From: Azolla caroliniana | Lineage: Eukaryota; Plantae; Polypodiophyta | Direction of reading: 5' to 3' | Length of the DNA: 64,000 nucleotides | Assembly: GCA_043228905.1 (NCBI GenBank) | Contig: JBHGNT010000009.1 | Span: 21,948,001-22,012,000 of the forward strand | In this document: positions 61,500-64,000 of the stretch, in pieces | Numbering within the stretch: position 1 is the first letter of the stretch | How the letters are laid out: the number at the start of each line of letters is the position of its first letter | Notes under the pieces: model-generated | Seen by the model: the letters and a program-made list of their open reading frames with translations, nothing else | What the model was told of the DNA's origin: nothing | Databases searched by the model: none | Translations under genes and position numbers: made by a program

Positions 61500-63910
61500 A
61501 TTTTGAGCATGAACCATTGTCACTACCCAATCCACCATATCATTCGCTCATTCTTTGCTTTACCATGAGCAGTTCTCATGGCCCCTTGTTCTCCTTTCGA
61601 ACATAACTCTTTAGGCTTTATGCATGTTCCACCTTTGTCTCGATCGCCTCCTTGCTCAGGGCACTTTGACGCATCAAGCATTTTTGTTTTCTGTCTTCCT
61701 CCACAAGTCTTTATTTGAATAATGTTATCAAATACCCCATGTAGTATCTTTAAGTGCATGTCCACTTCGAGATTCTTACGCGACCATGCTCTATGTTTCT
61801 CACTTTATCCAGTTTCATGATACAATCTCATGTTAGAGTTGAAAATCTTCACACTAGTGTCTTTGCAAGATCTTTTGATCACCTTCTTCGGATCTTGATG
61901 GCTCGCTTGGCCATCGTCATCCCTTGTCATACTTTGCTCAGACTCTTTGTTGTACGCATCAGCTTTTGTCTCTATGCTTTGCTTGACCTCTTGCTTGACA
62001 CCTTTGTCTTGATGTCATCACTCACATCAGATTTGAAATCCCCCTTGTTGCCACCTTCTGTTTCTTGGGGCTTCTATTGGTTCTCGGACGCAATTACCCA
62101 AGTCTTTGGAACTAGTGTGGGGAAAGTCTTGTCACTACCATCATTCACCATCAACTCGTCCATATCTATCTTCGCCTCGATGTTGTGCACACCGTCTTAG
62201 TCCTTCCCCTTACTACCAGCTTCCATCTCTTGGGTCTCACGTTGGCTTTCTGCAACTGCCCAAGTCTCTGGAACATGTGTGAAGGCATCCTCAACACGAC
62301 CATCTGCCATTAATTCGTCCATAGCCACCTCTGACTCGATGTCATTTTTCGTGGCTATCTCTTCAATCTCATGGGCCTCGTACCCATTGACCCTCTTGAT
62401 CGAGCAAGCTTCGATTATGCTTCTCTCTTCGTCGGTTGTATTCTTTTCGACCTTCAGCTCCTCGCCGACACCTTCCGTCTCTTGTGTCTCACGTTGGTTC
62501 TTTGACGCAACTGCCCAAGTCTTTGGAACATGTGTGGAGAAAATCTGGTCGTGATCATTGTCAACGCTTATTGTCTTGTTCATAGCCACCTCCTCGATGT
62601 TGATTTTAGTGGCTAGATCCTTCATCATGTCGATCTCACACTCTTTATCTCCCTTAATGCAAGTTGCGATTAGGCTTGCTCTTTCATCATCCGATGTTTC
62701 GAACACGATGAGCATCCTGAAACATTTTTCCTCCTTTGAAGTGGCCTTCGCCGTCCTCAAGTCCTCATCAATCTTCTTTTCGTGTAGGATGCATTGTTTA
62801 GGCAGATCGACTTCTTTAGATGGTCTTGATTTTTCTACGCTTGGTCTTACCAAGTCAATATCATCAAGCCATTGACGACGCTTGTCAAGCTTGTTGCATG
62901 CTCGCTTCACTGCAATCTAGTCTATCACAAGTCCGTTCGCTTGGGTATCATCTTCAAGGAGAATCCCCAATTCTCGTTTATCCTTCATGTCCACTGCTTT
63001 CAAGAAGTACAAAGTCTTTTCCTCCTCAAGCAGCACTTCGTCCGTGTTGGGGAGACGACCAAACATTTGGTCGAACTCGTCGTACACCCTCAAAGCGCTC
63101 ATCCTCTTATTCTTCTTTTCTATCCACTTCATCAAGACATGTCGAGTCATCCTCGACAAATCTTTCGTCACTAACTCCGCTAATATTGCTTTCTCGAACT
63201 CGGACCATGTTGTCTTGCCTTCTTGAAGCTCGATGACGCGTCTTTGGATGTTGTTGGCGACCACTCTCTTGAAACTTGTAATTTGACACACTTCGGACAC
63301 GTCCCTTTGATTCATCTCCCTTTTGTATGCATCAAGGAACTTCGTAATGTTCCTCCCATCAAATTGACCCTCGAGCTCTACGACACGGTCGACGGCCTTC
63401 TCCACGCTCGCACCGTTGTCCTGAGATATCATCATTTGTTCGATAATTAGCATCATCCTTTCAAACTCTACCGCTTGAGTGCTTGAGGAATCCATCTCCA
63501 CGTATCGGTCGATCCTCGGCTTGATCCTTCCTACCGCCTCTTTCACGTCGGGTTCATCACTTAATTATGTCGTGAAGATCTGTCACTACGTCCGGATCAT
63601 GAGGCAGAACCACCGGGGTCCTAGACCAGAAGGATTTGAATTGTTGTCCCAAGATCTCATCATTTGTTCTACGATTAGCATCATCCTTTCGAACTCTCCC
63701 GCTTGATTGCTTGAGGACGCCATCTCCAAGTATTGGTTGATCCTCGGCTTGATCCTTCCTACTGCATCTTTCACGTTGGGTTCACCACTTAATTATATCG
63801 TGAAGATCCATCACTACGTGCAGATCGTGAGGCGGAACCACCGGGGTTCCGGACCGGAAGGATTCAAAGTTTGCACTAGCTTTAGCGAGAAAGTATTTAA
63901 GCTAGATTGA
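61500..63910 (-). mobile_element. Degraded Gypsy-like gag and low-complexity region with internal repeats
   Basis: FDGRNITKFLDAYKREM..WSEFEKAILAE gag-like ORF (63546-62917) and an acidic continuation (62910-62197). A 228-bp tandem duplication at 63431-63860 and three HVPxTWAVA-type repeats. No pol seen. Confidence 0.6.
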
Positions 63911-64000
63911 GAGAGATTGATATGAGGAAAGAGAGATATTGAGATAAAGATTGAACTTTGAACTTTTCGATTTAAGAGAGAAGATACATCAACAAAAGTA

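Overview
AT-rich land-plant nuclear DNA, most likely a non-seed plant such as a moss (inferred from a Tcn1-type chromovirus, an RTEX-like LINE and a plastid ndhD fragment). The first 38 kb is a nested transposon pile: several Copia elements (one complete at 23757-29431), a full-length RTEX-like LINE (1262-5881), solo LTRs, a degraded Gypsy and a complete self-priming chromovirus (32132-37910). The standout is an 11.9-kb Sola2-type DNA transposon (6535-18409; 25-bp TIRs, TGAT TSD). It has an intact two-exon DDD transposase and a convergent cargo unit encoding a coiled-coil/RING-H2 protein and a catalytically altered FCP1/NIF-like phosphatase domain. A 14-bp palindrome (TAGCTAATTAGCTA) next to both TIRs is amplified into two ~1.5-kb arrays that sit inside introns of both genes and carry stop codons in all six frames. 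The only clear host gene is a 14-exon PHO1-family SPX-EXS phosphate exporter (48454-54913). The rest is intergenic DNA with truncated L1-type LINEs and a degraded gag-like element. All calls come from reading motifs by eye; no database searches were run, and splice models are predictions.
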